Assembly: GCA_964057225.1 (NCBI GenBank) | Contig: OZ059894.1 | Coordinates: forward strand, 620,001 to 684,000 | Source: Auanema rhodensis | Taxonomy: Eukaryota; Animalia; Nematoda | Direction: 5' to 3' | Length of the DNA: 64,000 nt | Shown: positions 25,501 through 40,720 of the stretch, in pieces | How positions within the stretch are numbered: position 1 is the first letter of the stretch | Layout: every line of letters begins with the position of its first letter | Translations under genes and position numbers: made by a program | The notes under the pieces: model-generated | Database searches by the model: none | Seen by the model: the letters and a program-made list of their open reading frames with translations, nothing else | What the model was told of the DNA's origin: nothing

Positions 25501-28500
25501 GAGTTACATACCAAGTGCACATCACGTGTACATTTAATTAGCATAAATTAAAGTTCACGTAATTTTCAAAGACATGGTTACCATGAACCAATATCAATAA
25601 AAATTTGTTTTTAGACTAAAATGGACATGGGGAATCTAATTTTGAAAACCGCATCTCTTTATCTTTCACGTGAAGCGAGTTACATACCAAGTGCACATCA
25701 GGTGTGCATTTAATTAGCATAAATTAAAGTTCACGTAATTTTCAAAGACATGGTTACCATGAACCAATATCAATAAAAATTTGTTTTTAGACTAATATGG
25801 ACATGGGGAATCCAATTTTGAAAACCGCATCTCTTCATCTTTCACGTGAAGCGAGTTACATACCAAGTGCACATCACGTGTACATTTAATTAGCATAAAT
25901 TAAAGTTCACGTAATTTTCAAAGACATGGTTACCATGAACCAATATCAATAAAAATTTGTTTTTAGACTAATATGGACATGGGGAATCTAATTTTGAAAA
26001 CCGCATCTCTTTATCTTTCAAGTGAAGCGAGTTACATACCAAGTGCACATCACGTGTACATTTAATTAGCATAAATTAAAGTTCACGTAAATTTCAAAGT
26101 CATGGTTACCATGCACCAATATCAATAAAAATTTGTTTTTAGACTAATATGGACATGGGGAATCTAATTTTGAAAACCGCATCTCTTTATCTTTCACGTG
26201 AAGCGAGTTACATACCAAGTGCACATCAGGTGTGCATTTAATTAGCATAAATTAAAGTTCACGTAATTTTCAAAGACATGGTTACCATGAACCAATATCA
26301 ATAAAAATTTGTTTTTAGACTAATATGGACATGGGGAATCCAATTTTGAAAACCGCATCTCTTCATCTTTCACGTGAAGCGAGTTACATACCAAGTGCAC
26401 ATCACGTGTACATTTAATTAGCATAAATTAAAGTTCACGTAATTTTCAGAGACATGGTTACCATGAACCAATATCAATAAAAATTTGTTCTTAGACTAAT
26501 ATGGACATGGGGAATCTAATTTTGAAAACCGCATCTCTTTATCTTTCACGTGAAGCGAGTTACATACCAAGTGCACATCACGTGTACATTTAATTAGCAT
26601 AAATTAAAGTTCACGTAAATTTCAAAGTCATGGTTACCATGAACCAATATCAATAAAAATTTGTTTTTAGACTAATATGGACATGGGGAATCTAATTTTG
26701 AAAACCGCATCTCTTTATCTTTCACGTGAAGCAAGTTACATACCAAGTGCACATCACGTGTACATTTAATTAGCATAAATTAAAGTTCACGTAAATTTCA
26801 AAGTCATGGTTACCATGCACCAATATCAATAAAAATTTGTTTTTAGACTAATATGGACATGGGGAATCTAATTTTGAAAACCGCATCTCTTTATCTTTCA
26901 CGTGAAGCGAGTTACATACCAAGTGCACATCACGTGTACATTTAATTAGCATAAATTAAAGTTCACGTAAATTTCAAAGTCATGGTTACCATGAACCAAT
27001 ATCAATAAAAATTTGTTTTTAGACTAATATGGACATGGGGAATCTAATTTTGAAAACCACATCTCTTTATCTTTCACGTGAAGCGAGTTACATACCAAGT
27101 GCACATCACGTGTACATTTAATTAGCATAAATTAAAGTTCACGTAAATTTCAAAGTCATGGTTACCATGAACCAATATCAATAAAAATTTGTTTTTAGAC
27201 TAATATGGACATGGGGAATCTAATTTTGAGAACCGCATCTCTTTATCTTCCACGTGAAGCGAGTTACATACCAAGTGCACATCACGTGTACATTTAATTA
27301 GCATAAATTAAAGTTCACGTAAATTTCAAAGTCATGGTTACCATGAACCAATATCAATAAAAATTTGTTTTTAGACTAATATGGACATGGGGAATCTAAT
27401 TTTGAAAACCGCATCTCTTTATCTTTCACGTGAAGCGAGTTACATACCAAGTGCACATCACGTGTACATTTAATTAGCATAAATTGAAGTTCACGTAAAT
27501 TTCAAAGTCATGGTTACCATGCACCAATATCAATAAAAATTCGTTTTTAGACTAATATGGACATGGGGAATCTAATTTTGAAAACCGCATCTTTTTATCT
27601 TTCACGTGAAGCGAGTTACATACCAAGTGCACATCAGGTGTACATTTAATTAGCATAAATTAAAGTTCACGTAAATTTCAAAGTCATGGTTACCATGCAC
27701 CAATATCAATCAAAATTTGTTTTTAGACTAATATGGACATGGGGAATCTAATTTTGAAAACCGCATCTCTTTATCTTTCACGTGAAGCGAGTTACATACC
27801 AAGTGCACATCACGTGTACATTTAATTAGCATAAATTAAAGTTCACGTAAATTTCAAAGTCATGGTTACCATGAACCAATATCAATAAAAATTTGTTTTT
27901 AGACTAATATGGACATGGGGAATCTAATTTTAAAAACCGCATCTCTTTATCTTTCACGTGAAGCAAGTTACATACCAAGTGCACATCACGTGTACATTTA
28001 ATTAGCATAAATTAAAGTTCACGTAAATTTCAAAGTCATGGTTACCATGCACCAATATCAATAAAAATTTGTTTTTAGACTAATATGGACATGGGGAATC
28101 TAATTTTGAAAACCGCATCTCTTTATCTTTCACGTGAAGCGAGTTACATACCAAGTGCACATCACGTGTACATTTAATTAGCATAAATTAAAGTTCACGT
28201 AAATTTCAAAGTCATGGTTACCATGAACCAATATCAATAAAAATTTGTTTTTAGACTAATATGGACATGGGGAATCTAATTTTGAAAACCGCATCTCTTT
28301 ATCTTTCACGTGAAGCGAGTTACATACCAAGTGCACATCAGGTGTGCATTTAATTAGCATAAATTAAAGTTCACGTAATTTTCAAAGACATGGTTACCAT
28401 GAACCAATATCAATAAAAATTTGTTTTTAGACTAATATGGACATGGGGAATCCAATTTTGAAAACCGCATCTCTTCATCTTTCACGTGAAGCGAGTTACA

Positions 28501-31500
28501 TACCAAGTGCACATCACGTGTACATTTAATTAGCATAAATTAAAGTTCACGTAATTTTCAAAGACATGGTTACCATGCACCAATATCAATAAAAATTTGT
28601 TTTTAGACTAATATGGACATGGGGAATCTAATTTTGAAAACCGCATCTCTTTATCTTTCACGTGAAGCGAGTTACATACCAAGTGCACATCACGTGTACA
28701 TTTAATTAGCATAAATTAAAGTTCACGTAAATTTCAAAGTCATGGTTACCATGCACCAATATCAATAAAAATTTGTTTTTAGACTAATATGGACATGGGG
28801 AATCTAATTTTGAAAACCGCATCTCTTTATCTTTCACGTGAAGCTAGTTACATACCAAGTGCACATCACGTGTACATTTAATTAGCATAAATTAAAGTTC
28901 ACGTAAATTTCAAAGTCATGGTTACCATGCACCAATATCAATAAAAATTTGTTTTTAGACTAATATGGACATGGGGAATCTAATTTTGAAAACCGCATCT
29001 CTTTATCTTTCACGTGAAGCGAGTTACATACCAAGTGCACATCACGTGTACATTTAATTAGCATAAATTAAAGTTCACGTAAATTTCAAAGTCATGGTTA
29101 CCATGCACCAATATCAATAAAAATTTGTTTTTAGACTAATATGGACATGGGGAATCTAATTTTGAAAACCGCATCTCTTTATCTTTCACGTGAAGCTAGT
29201 TACATACCAAGTGCACATCACGTGTACATTTAATTAGCATAAATTAAAGTTCACGTAAATTTCAAAGTCATGGTTACCATGCACCAATATCAATAAAAAT
29301 TTGGTTTTAGACTAATATGGACATGGGGAATCTAATTTTGAAAACCGCATCTCTTTATCTTTCACGTGAAGCGAGTTACATACCAAGTGCACATCACGTG
29401 TACATTTAATTAGCATAAATTAAAGTTCACGTAAATTTCAAAGTCATGGTTACCATGAACCAATATCAATAAAAATTTGTTTTTAGACTAATATGGACAT
29501 GGGGAATCTAATTTTGAAAACCGCATCTCTTTATCTTTCACGTGAAGCAAGTTACATACAAAGTGCACATCACGTGTACATTTAATTAGCATAAATTAAA
29601 GTTCACGTAAATTTCAAAGTCATGGTTACCATGCACCAATATCGATAAAAATTTGTTTTTAGACTAATATGGACATGGGGAATCTAATTTTGAAAATCGC
29701 ATCTCTTTATCTTTCACGTGAAGCGAGTTACATACCAAGTGCACATCACGTGTACATTTAATTAGCATAAATTAAAGTTCACGTAAATTTCAAAGTCATG
29801 GTTACCATGAACCAATATCAATAAAAATTTGTTTTTAGACTAATATGGACATGGGGAATCTAATTTTGAAAACCGCATCTCTTTATCTTTCACGTGAAGC
29901 GAGTTACATACCAAGTGCACATCACGTGTACATTTAATTAGCATAAATTAAAGTTCACGTAAATTTCAAAGTCATGGTTACCATGCACCAATATCAATAA
30001 AAATTTGTTTTTAGACTAATATGGACATGGGGAATCTAATTTTGAAAACCGCATCTCTTTATCTTTCACGTGAAGCGAGTTACATACCAAGTGCACATCA
30101 CGTGTACATTTAATTAGCATAAATTAAAGTTCACGTAAATTTCAAAGTCATGGTTACCATGAACCAATATCAATAAAAATTTGTTTTTAGACTAATATGG
30201 ACATGAGGAATCTAATTTTGAAAACCGCATCTCTTTATCTTCCACGTGAAGCGAGTTACATACCAAGTGCACATCACGTGTACATTTAATTAGCATAAAT
30301 TAAAGTTCACGTAAATTTCAAAGTCATGGTTACCATGAACCAATATCAATAAAAATTTGTTTTTAGACTAATATGGACATGGGGAAACTAATTTTGAAAA
30401 CCGCATCTCTTTATCTTTCAAGTGAAGCGAGTTACATACCAAGTGCACATCACGTGTACATTTAATTAGCATAAATTAAAGTTCACGTAATTTTCAAAGA
30501 CATGGTTACCATGAACCAATATCAATAAAAATTTGTTTTTAGACTAATATGGACATGGGGAATCTAATTTTGAAAACCGCATCTCTTTATCTTTCACGTG
30601 AAGCGAGTTACATACCAAGTGCACATCACGTGTGCATTTAATTAGCATAAATTAAAGTTCACGTAATTTTCAAAGACATGGTTACCATGAACCAATATCA
30701 ATAAAAATTTGTTTTTAGACTAATATGGACATGGGGAATCCAATTTTGAAAACCGCATCTCTTCATCTTTCACGTGAAGCGAGTTACATACCAAGTGCAC
30801 ATCACGTGTACATTTAATTAGCATAAATTAAAGTTCACGTAATTTTCAAAGACATGGTTACCATGAACCAATATCAATAAAAATTTGTTTTTAGACTAAT
30901 ATGGACATGAGGAATCTAATTTTGAAAACCGCATCTCTTTATCTTCCACGTGAAGCGAGTTACATACCAAGTGCACATCACGTGTACATTTAATTAGCAT
31001 AAATTAAAGTTCACGTAAATTTCAAAGTCATGGTTACCATGAACCAATATCAATAAAAATTTGTTTTTAGACTAATATGGACATGGGGAATCTAATTTTG
31101 AAAACCGCATCTCTTTATCTTTCAAGTGAAGCGAGTTACATACCAAGTGCACATCACGTGTACATTTAATTAGCATAAATTAAAGTTCACGTAATTTTCA
31201 AAGACATGGTTACCATGAACCAATATCAATAAAAATTTGTTTTTAGACTAATATGGACATGGGGAATCTAATTTTGAAAACCGCATCTCTTTATCTTTCA
31301 CGTGAAGCGAGTTACATACCAAGTGCACATCAGGTGTGCATTTAATTAGCATAAATTAAAGTTCACGTAATTTTCAAAGACATGGTTACCATGAACCAAT
31401 ATCAATAAAAATTTGTTTTTAGACTAATATGGACATGGGGAATCCAATTTTGAAAACCGCATCTCTTCATCTTTCACGTGAAGCGAGTTACATACCAAGT

Positions 31501-34500
31501 GCACATCACGTGTACATTTAATTAGCATAAATTAAAGTTCACGTAATTTTCAAAGACATGGTTACCATGAACCAATATCAATAAAAATTTGTTTTTAGAC
31601 TAATATGGACATGGGGAATCTAATTTTGAAAACCGCATCTCTTTATCTTTCAAGTGAAGCGAGTTACATACCAAGTGCACATCACGTGTACATTTAATTA
31701 GCATAAATTAAAGTTCACGTAAATTTCAAAGTCATGGTTACCATGCACCAATATCAATAAAAATTTGTTTTTAGACTAATATGGACATGGGGAATCTAAT
31801 TTTGAAAACCGCATCTCTTTATCTTTCACGTGAAGCGAGTTACATACCAAGTGCACATCAGGTGTGCATTTAATTAGCATAAATTAAAGTTCACGTAATT
31901 TTCAAAGACATGGTTACCATGAATCAATATCAATAAAAATTTGTTTTTAGACTAATATGGACATGGGGAATCCAATTTTGAAAACCGCATCTCTTCATCT
32001 TTCACGTGAAGCGAGTTACATACCAAGTGCACATCACGTGTACATTTAATTAGCATAAATTAAAGTTCACGTAATTTTCAGAGACATGGTTACCATGAAC
32101 CAATATCAATAAAAATTTGTTCTTAGACTAATATGGACATGGGGAATCTAATTTTGAAAACCGCATCTCTTTATCTTTCACGTGAAGCGAGTTACATACC
32201 AAGTGCACATCACGTGTACATTTAATTAGCATAAATTAAAGTTCACGTAAATTTCAAAGTCATGGTTACCATGAACCAATATCAATAAAAATTTGTTTTT
32301 AGACTAATATGGACATGGGGAATCTAATTTTGAAAACCACATCTCTTTATCTTTCACGTGAAGCGAGTTACATACCAAGTGCACATCACGTGTACATTTA
32401 ATTAGCATAAATTAAAGTTCACGTAAATTTCAAAGTCATGGTTACCATGAACCAATATCAATAAAAATTTGTTTTTAGACTAATATGGACATGGGGAATC
32501 TAATTTTGAGAACCGCATCTCTTTATCTTCCACGTGAAGCGAGTTACATACCAAGTGCACATCACGTGTACATTTAATTAGCATAAATTAAAGTTCACGT
32601 AAATTTCAAAGTCATGGTTACCATGAACCAATATCAATAAAAATTTGTTGTTAGACTAATATGGACATGGGGTCAAAGTCATGGTTACCATGCACCAATA
32701 TCAATCAAAATTTGTTTTTAGACTAATATGGACATGGGGAATCTAATTTTGAAAACCGCATCTCTTTATCTTTCACGTGAAGCGAGTTACATACCAAGTG
32801 CACATCACGTGTACATTTAATTAGCATAAATTAAAGTTCACGTAAATTTCAAAGTCATGGTTACCATGAACCAATATCAATAAAAATTTGTTTTTAGACT
32901 AATATGGACATGAGGAATCTAATTTTGAAAACCGCATCTCTTTATCTTCCACGTGAAGCGAGTTACATACCAAGTGCACATCACGTGTACATTTAATTAG
33001 CATAAATTAAAGTTCACGTAAATTTCAAAGTCATGGTTACCATGAACCAATATCAATAAAAATTTGTTTTTAGACTAATATGGACATGGGGAATCTAATT
33101 TTGAAAACCGCATCTCTTTATCTTTCAAGTGAAGCGAGTTACATACCAAGTGCACATCACGTGTACATTTAATTAGCATAAATTAAAGTTCACGTAATTT
33201 TCAAAGACATGGTTACCATGAACCAATATCAATAAAAATTTGTTTTTAGACTAATATGGACATGGGGAATCTAATTTTGAAAACCGCATCTCTTTATCTT
33301 TCACGTGAAGCGAGTTACATACCAAGTGCACATCACGTGTACATTTAATTAGCATAAATTAAAGTTCACGTAAATTTCAAAGTCATGGTTACCATGAACC
33401 AATATCAATAAAAATTTGTTTTTAGACTAATATGGACATGGGGAATCTAATTTTGAAAACCGCATCTCTTTATCTTTCACGTGAAGCGAGTTACATACCA
33501 AGTGCACATCACGTGTACATTTAATTAGCATAAATTGAAGTTCACGTAAATTTCAAAGTCATGGTTACCATGCACCAATATCAATAAAAATTCGTTTTTA
33601 GACTAATATGGACATGGGGAATCTAATTTTGAAAACCGCATCTTTTTATCTTTCACGTGAAGCGAGTTACATACCAAGTGCACATCAGGTGTACATTTAA
33701 TTAGCATAAATTAAAGTTCACGTAAATTTCAAAGTCATGGTTACCATGCACCAATATCAATCAAAATTTGTTTTTAGACTAATATGGACATGGGGAATCT
33801 AATTTTGAAAACCGCATCTCTTTATCTTTCACGTGAAGCGAGTTACATACCAAGTGCACATCACGTGTACATTTAATTAGCATAAATTAAAGTTCACGTA
33901 AATTTCAAAGTCATGGTTACCATGAACCAATATCAATAAAAATTTGTTTTTAGACTAATATGGACATGAGGAATCTAATTTTGAAAACCGCATCTCTTTA
34001 TCTTCCACGTGAAGCGAGTTACATACCAAGTGCACATCACGTGTACATTTAATTAGCATAAATTAAAGTTCACGTAAATTTCAAAGTCATGGTTACCATG
34101 AACCAATATCAATAAAAATTTGTTTTTAGACTAATATGGACATGGGGAATCTAATTTTGAAAACCGCATCTCTTTATCTTTCAAGTGAAGCGAGTTACAT
34201 ACCAAGTGCACATCACGTGTACATTTAATTAGCATAAATTAAAGTTCACGTAATTTTCAAAGACATGGTTACCATGAACCAATATCAATAAAAATTTGTT
34301 TTTAGACTAATATGGACATGGGGAATCTAATTTTGAAAACCGCATCTCTTTATCTTTCACGTGAAGCGAGTTACATACCAAGTGCACATCAGGTGTGCAT
34401 TTAATTAGCATAAATTAAAGTTCACGTAATTTTCAAAGACATGGTTACCATGAACCAATATCAATAAAAATTTGTTTTTAGACTAATATGGACATGGGGA

Positions 34501-37027
34501 ATCCAATTTTGAAAACCGCATCTCTTCATCTTTCACGTGAAGCGAGTTACATACCAAGTGCACATCACGTGTACATTTAATTAGCATAAATTAAAGTTCA
34601 CGTAATTTTCAAAGACATGGTTACCATGAACCAATATCAATAAAAATTTGTTTTTAGACTAATATGGACATGGGGAATCTAATTTTGAAAACCGCATCTC
34701 TTTATCTTTCAAGTGAAGCGAGTTACATACCAAGTGCACATCACGTGTACATTTAATTAGCATAAATTAAAGTTCACGTAAATTTCAAAGTCATGGTTAC
34801 CATGCACCAATATCAATAAAAATTTGTTTTTAGACTAATATGGACATGGGGAATCTAATTTTGAAAACCGCATCTCTTTATCTTTCACGTGAAGCGAGTT
34901 ACATACCAAGTGCACATCAGGTGTGCATTTAATTAGCATAAATTAAAGTTCACGTAATTTTCAAAGACATGGTTACCATGAACCAATATCAATAAAAATT
35001 TGTTTTTAGACTAATATGGACATGGGGAATCCAATTTTGAAAACCGCATCTCTTCATCTTTCACGTGAAGCGAGTTACATACCAAGTGCACATCACGTGT
35101 ACATTTAATTAGCATAAATTAAAGTTCACGTAATTTTCAGAGACATGGTTACCATGAACCAATATCAATAAAAATTTGTTCTTAGACTAATATGGACATG
35201 GGGAATCTAATTTTGAAAACCGCATCTCTTTATCTTTCACGTGAAGCGAGTTACATACCAAGTGCACATCACGTGTACATTTAATTAGCATAAATTAAAG
35301 TTCACGTAAATTTCAAAGTCATGGTTACCATGAACCAATATCAATAAAAATTTGTTTTTAGACTAATATGGACATGGGGAATCTAATTTTGAAAACCGCA
35401 TCTCTTTATCTTTCACGTGAAGCAAGTTACATACCAAGTGCACATCACGTGTACATTTAATTAGCATAAATTAAAGTTCACGTAAATTTCAAAGTCATGG
35501 TTACCATGCACCAATATCAATAAAAATTTGTTTTTAGACTAATATGGACATGGGGAATCTAATTTTGAAAACCGCATCTCTTTATCTTTCACGTGAAGCG
35601 AGTTACATACCAAGTGCACATCACGTGTACATTTAATTAGCATAAATTAAAGTTCACGTAAATTTCAAAGTCATGGTTACCATGAACCAATATCAATAAA
35701 AATTTGTTTTTAGACTAATATGGACATGGGGAATCTAATTTTGAAAACCACATCTCTTTATCTTTCACGTGAAGCGAGTTACATACCAAGTGCACATCAC
35801 GTGTACATTTAATTAGCATAAATTAAAGTTCACGTAAATTTCAAAGTCATGGTTACCATGAACCAATATCAATAAAAATTTGTTTTTAGACTAATATGGA
35901 CATGGGGAATCTAATTTTGAGAACCGCATCTCTTTATCTTCCACGTGAAGCGAGTTACATACCAAGTGCACATCACGTGTACATTTAATTAGCATAAATT
36001 AAAGTTCACGTAAATTTCAAAGTCATGGTTACCATGAACCAATATCAATAAAAATTTGTTTTTAGACTAATATGGACATGGGGAATCTAATTTTGAAAAC
36101 CGCATCTCTTTATCTTTCACGTGAAGCGAGTTACATACCAAGTGCACATCACGTGTACATTTAATTAGCATAAATTGAAGTTCACGTAAATTTCAAAGTC
36201 ATGGTTACCATGCACCAATATCAATAAAAATTCGTTTTTAGACTAATATGGACATGGGGAATCTAATTTTGAAAACCGCATCTTTTTATCTTTCACGTGA
36301 AGCGAGTTACATACCAAGTGCACATCAGGTGTACATTTAATTAGCATAAATTAAAGTTCACGTAAATTTCAAAGTCATGGTTACCATGCACCAATATCAA
36401 TCAAAATTTGTTTTTAGACTAATATGGACATGGGGAATCTAATTTTGAAAACCGCATCTCTTTATCTTTCACGTGAAGCGAGTTACATACCAAGTGCACA
36501 TCACGTGTACATTTAATTAGCATAAATTAAAGTTCACGTAAATTTCAAAGTCATGGTTACCATGAACCAATATCAATAAAAATTTGTTTTTAGACTAATA
36601 TGGACATGGGGAATCTAATTTTAAAAACCGCATCTCTTTATCTTTCACGTGAAGCAAGTTACATACCAAGTGCACATCACGTGTACATTTAATTAGCATA
36701 AATTAAAGTTCACGTAAATTTCAAAGTCATGGTTACCATGCACCAATATCAATAAAAATTTGTTTTTAGACTAATATGGACATGGGGAATCTAATTTTGA
36801 AAACCGCATCTCTTTATCTTTCACGTGAAGCGAGTTACATACCAAGTGCACATCACGTGTACATTTAATTAGCATAAATTAAAGTTCACGTAAATTTCAA
36901 AGTCATGGTTACCATGAACCAATATCAATAAAAATTTGTTTTTAGACTAATATGGACATGGGGAATCTAATTTTGGAAACCGCATCTCTTTATCTTTCAC
37001 GTGAAGCGAGTTACATACCAAGTGCAC
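19889..37027. repeat. Large tandem duplication of about 48-51 monomers (about 8.5-9 kb): 19889-28336 vs 28337-37027
   Basis: Ordered markers T115A, A49G/T90C, G131A, A126G/T146C, A30G/T86C/C137T, C5G/A79C and G124A/G157A recur at offset 8976 before and 8691 after the deletion at 32672. Confidence 0.85.
32561..32803 (+). other. Fused partial monomers at a deletion junction (positions 1-112 joined to 46-176)
   Basis: Sequence reads ...ATGGACATGGGG|TCAAAGTCATGG... at 32672/32673. The next monomer starts at 32804 instead of 32913. Confidence 0.97.
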
Positions 37028-40000
37028 ATCACGTGTACATTTAATTAGCATAAATTAAAGTTCACGTAAATTTCAAAGTCATGGTTACCATGAACCAATA
37101 TCAATAAAAATTTGTTTTTAGACTAATATGGACATGGGGAATCTAATTTTGAAAACCGCATCTCTTTATCTTTCACGTGAAGCAAGTTACATACCAAGTG
37201 CACATCACGTGTACATTTAATTAGCATAAATTAAAGTTCACGTAAATTTCAAAGTCATGGTTACCATGCACCAATATCAATAAAAATTTGTTTTTAGACT
37301 AATATGGATATGGGGAATCTAATTTTGAAAACCGCATCTCTTTATCTTTCACGTGAAGCGAGTTACATACCAAGTGCACATCACGTGTACATTTAATTAG
37401 CATAAATTGAAGTTCACGTAAATTTCAAAGTCATGGTTACCATGCACCAATATCAATAACAATTTGTTTTTAGACTAATATGGACATGGGGAATCTAATT
37501 TTGAAAACCGCATCTCTTTATCTTTCACGTGAAGCGAGTTACATACCAAGTGCACATCACGTGTACATTTAATTAGCATAAATTAAAGTTCACGTAAATT
37601 TCAAAGTCATGGTTACCATGCACCAATATCAATAAAAATTTGTTTTTAGACTAATATGGACATGGGGAATCTAATTTTAAAAACCGCATCTCTTTATCTT
37701 TCACGTGAAGCGAGTTACATACCAAGTGCTCATCACGTGTACATTTAATTAGCATAAATAAAAGTTCACGTAATTTTCAAAGACATGGTTACCATGAACC
37801 AATATCAATAAAAATTTGTTTTTAGACTAATATGGACATGGGGAATCTAATTTTGAAAACCGCATCTCTTTATCTTTCACGTGGAGCAAGTTACATACCA
37901 AGTGCACATCACGTGTACATTTAATTAGCATAAATTAAAGTTCACGTAAATTTCAAAGTCATGGTTACCATGCACCAATATCAATAAAAATTTGTTTTTA
38001 GACTAATATGGACATGGGGAATCTAATTTTGAAAACCGCATCTCTTTATCTTTCACGTGAAGCTAGTTACATACCAAGTGCACATCACGTGTACATTTAA
38101 TTAGCATAAATTGAAGTTCACGTAAATTTCAAAGTCATGGTTACCATGCACCAATATCAATAACAATTTGTTTTAGACTAATATGGACATGGGGAATCTA
38201 ATTTTGAAAACCGCATCTCTTTATTTTTCACGTGAAGCGAGTTACATACCAAGTGCACATCACGTGTACATTTAATTAGCATAAATTAAAGTTCACGTAA
38301 ATTTCAAAGTCATGGTTACCATGCACCAATATCAATAACAATTTGTTTTTAGACTAATATGGACATGGGGAATCTAATTTTGAAAACCGCATCTCTTTAT
38401 CTTTCACGTGAAGCGAGTTACATACCAAGTGCACATCACGTGTACATTTAATTAGCATAAATTAAAGTTCACGTAAATTTCAAAGTCATGGTTACCATGC
38501 ACCAATATCAATAAAAATTTGTTTTTAGACTAATATGGACATGGGGAATCTAATTTTAAAAACCGCATCTCTTTATCTTTCACGTGAAGCGAGTTACATA
38601 CCAAGTGCACATCACGTGTACATTTAATTAGCATAAATTAAAGTTCACGTAAATTTCAAAGTCATGGTTACCATGCACCAATATCAATAAAAATTTGTTT
38701 TTAGACTAATATGGACATGGGGAATCTAATTTTAAAAACCGCATCTCTTTATCTTTCACGTGAAGCGAGTTACATACCAAGTGCTCATCACGTGTACATT
38801 TAATTAGCATAAATTAAAGTTCACGTAATTTTCAAAGACATGGTTACCATGAACCAATATCAATAAAAATTTGTTTTTAGACTAATATGGACATGGGGAA
38901 TCTAATTTTGAAAACCGCATCTCTTTATCTTTCACGTGGAGCAAGTTACATACCAAGTGCACATCACGTGTACATTTAATTAGCATAAATTAAAGTTCAC
39001 GTAAATTTCAAAGTCATGGTTACCATGCACCAATATCAATAAAAATTTGTTTTTAGACTAATATGGACATGGGGAATCTAATTTTGAAAACCGCATCTCT
39101 TTATCTTTCACGTGAAGCTAGTTACATACCAAGTGCACATCACGTGTACATTTAATTAGCATAAATTGAAGTTCACGTAAATTTCAAAGTCATGGTTACC
39201 ATGCACCAATATCAATAACAATTTGTTTTAGACTAATATGGACATGGGGAATCTAATTTTGAAAACCGCATCTCTTTATCTCTCACGTGAAGCGAGTTAC
39301 ATACCAAGTGCACATCACGTGTACATTTAATTAGCATAAATTAAAGTTCACGTAAATTTCAAAGTCATGGTTACCATGCACCAATATCGATAAAAATTTG
39401 TTTTTAGACTAATATGGACATGGGGAATCTAATTTTGAAAATCGCATCTCTTTATCTTTCACGTGAAGCGAGTTACATACCAAGTGCACATCACGTGTAC
39501 ATTTAATTAGCATAAATTAAAGTTCACGTAAATTTCAAAGTCATGGTTACCATGAACCAATATCAATAAAAATTTGTTTTTAGACTAATATGGACATGGG
39601 GAATCTAATTTTGAAAACCGCATCTCTTTATCTTTCACGTGAAGCGAGTTACATACCAAGTGCACATCACGTGTACATTTAATTAGCATAAATTAAAGTT
39701 CACGTAAATTTCAAAGTCATGGTTACCATGCACCAATATCAATAAAAATTTGTTTTTAGACTAATATGGACATGGGGAATCTAATTTTGAAAACCGCATC
39801 TCTTTATCTTTCACGTGAAGCAAGTTACATACAAAGTGCACATCACGTGTACATTTAATTAGCATAAATTAAAGTTCACGTAAATTTCAAAGTCATGGTT
39901 ACCATGCACCAATATCGATAAAAATTTGTTTTTAGACTAATATGGACATGGGGAATCTAATTTTGAAAATCGCATCTCTTTATCTTTCACGTGAAGCTAG

Positions 40001-40720
40001 TTACATACCAAGTGCACATCACGTGTACATTTAATTAGCATAAATTAAAGTTCACGTAAATTTCAAAGTCATGGTTACCATGAACCAATATCAATAAAAA
40101 TTTGTTTTTAGACTAATATGGACATGGGGAATCTAATTTTGAAAACCGCATCTCTTTATCTTTCACGTGAAGCGAGTTACATACCAAGTGCACATCACGT
40201 GTACATTTAATTAGCATAAATTGAAGTTCACGTAAATTTCAAAGTCATGGTTACCATGCACCAATATCAATAAAAATTCGTTTTTAGACTAATATGGACA
40301 TGGGGAATCTAATTTTGAAAACCGCATCTTTTTATCTTTCACGTGAAGCGAGTTACATACCAAGTGCACATCAGGTGTACATTTAATTAGCATAAATTAA
40401 AGTTCACGTAAATTTCAAAGTCATGGTTACCATGCACCAATATCAATTACAATTTGTTTTAGACTAATATGGACATGGGGAATCTAATTTTGAAAACCGC
40501 ATCTCTTTATCTTTCACGTGAAGCGAGTTACATACCAAGTGCACATCACGTGTACATTTAATTAGCATAAATTGAAGTTCACGTAAATTTCAAAGTCATG
40601 GTTACCATGCACCAATATCAATAACAATTTGTTTTTAGACTAATATGGACATGGGGAATCTAATTTTGAAAACCGCATCTCTTTATCTTTCACGTGAAGC
40701 GAGTTACATACCAAGTGCAC

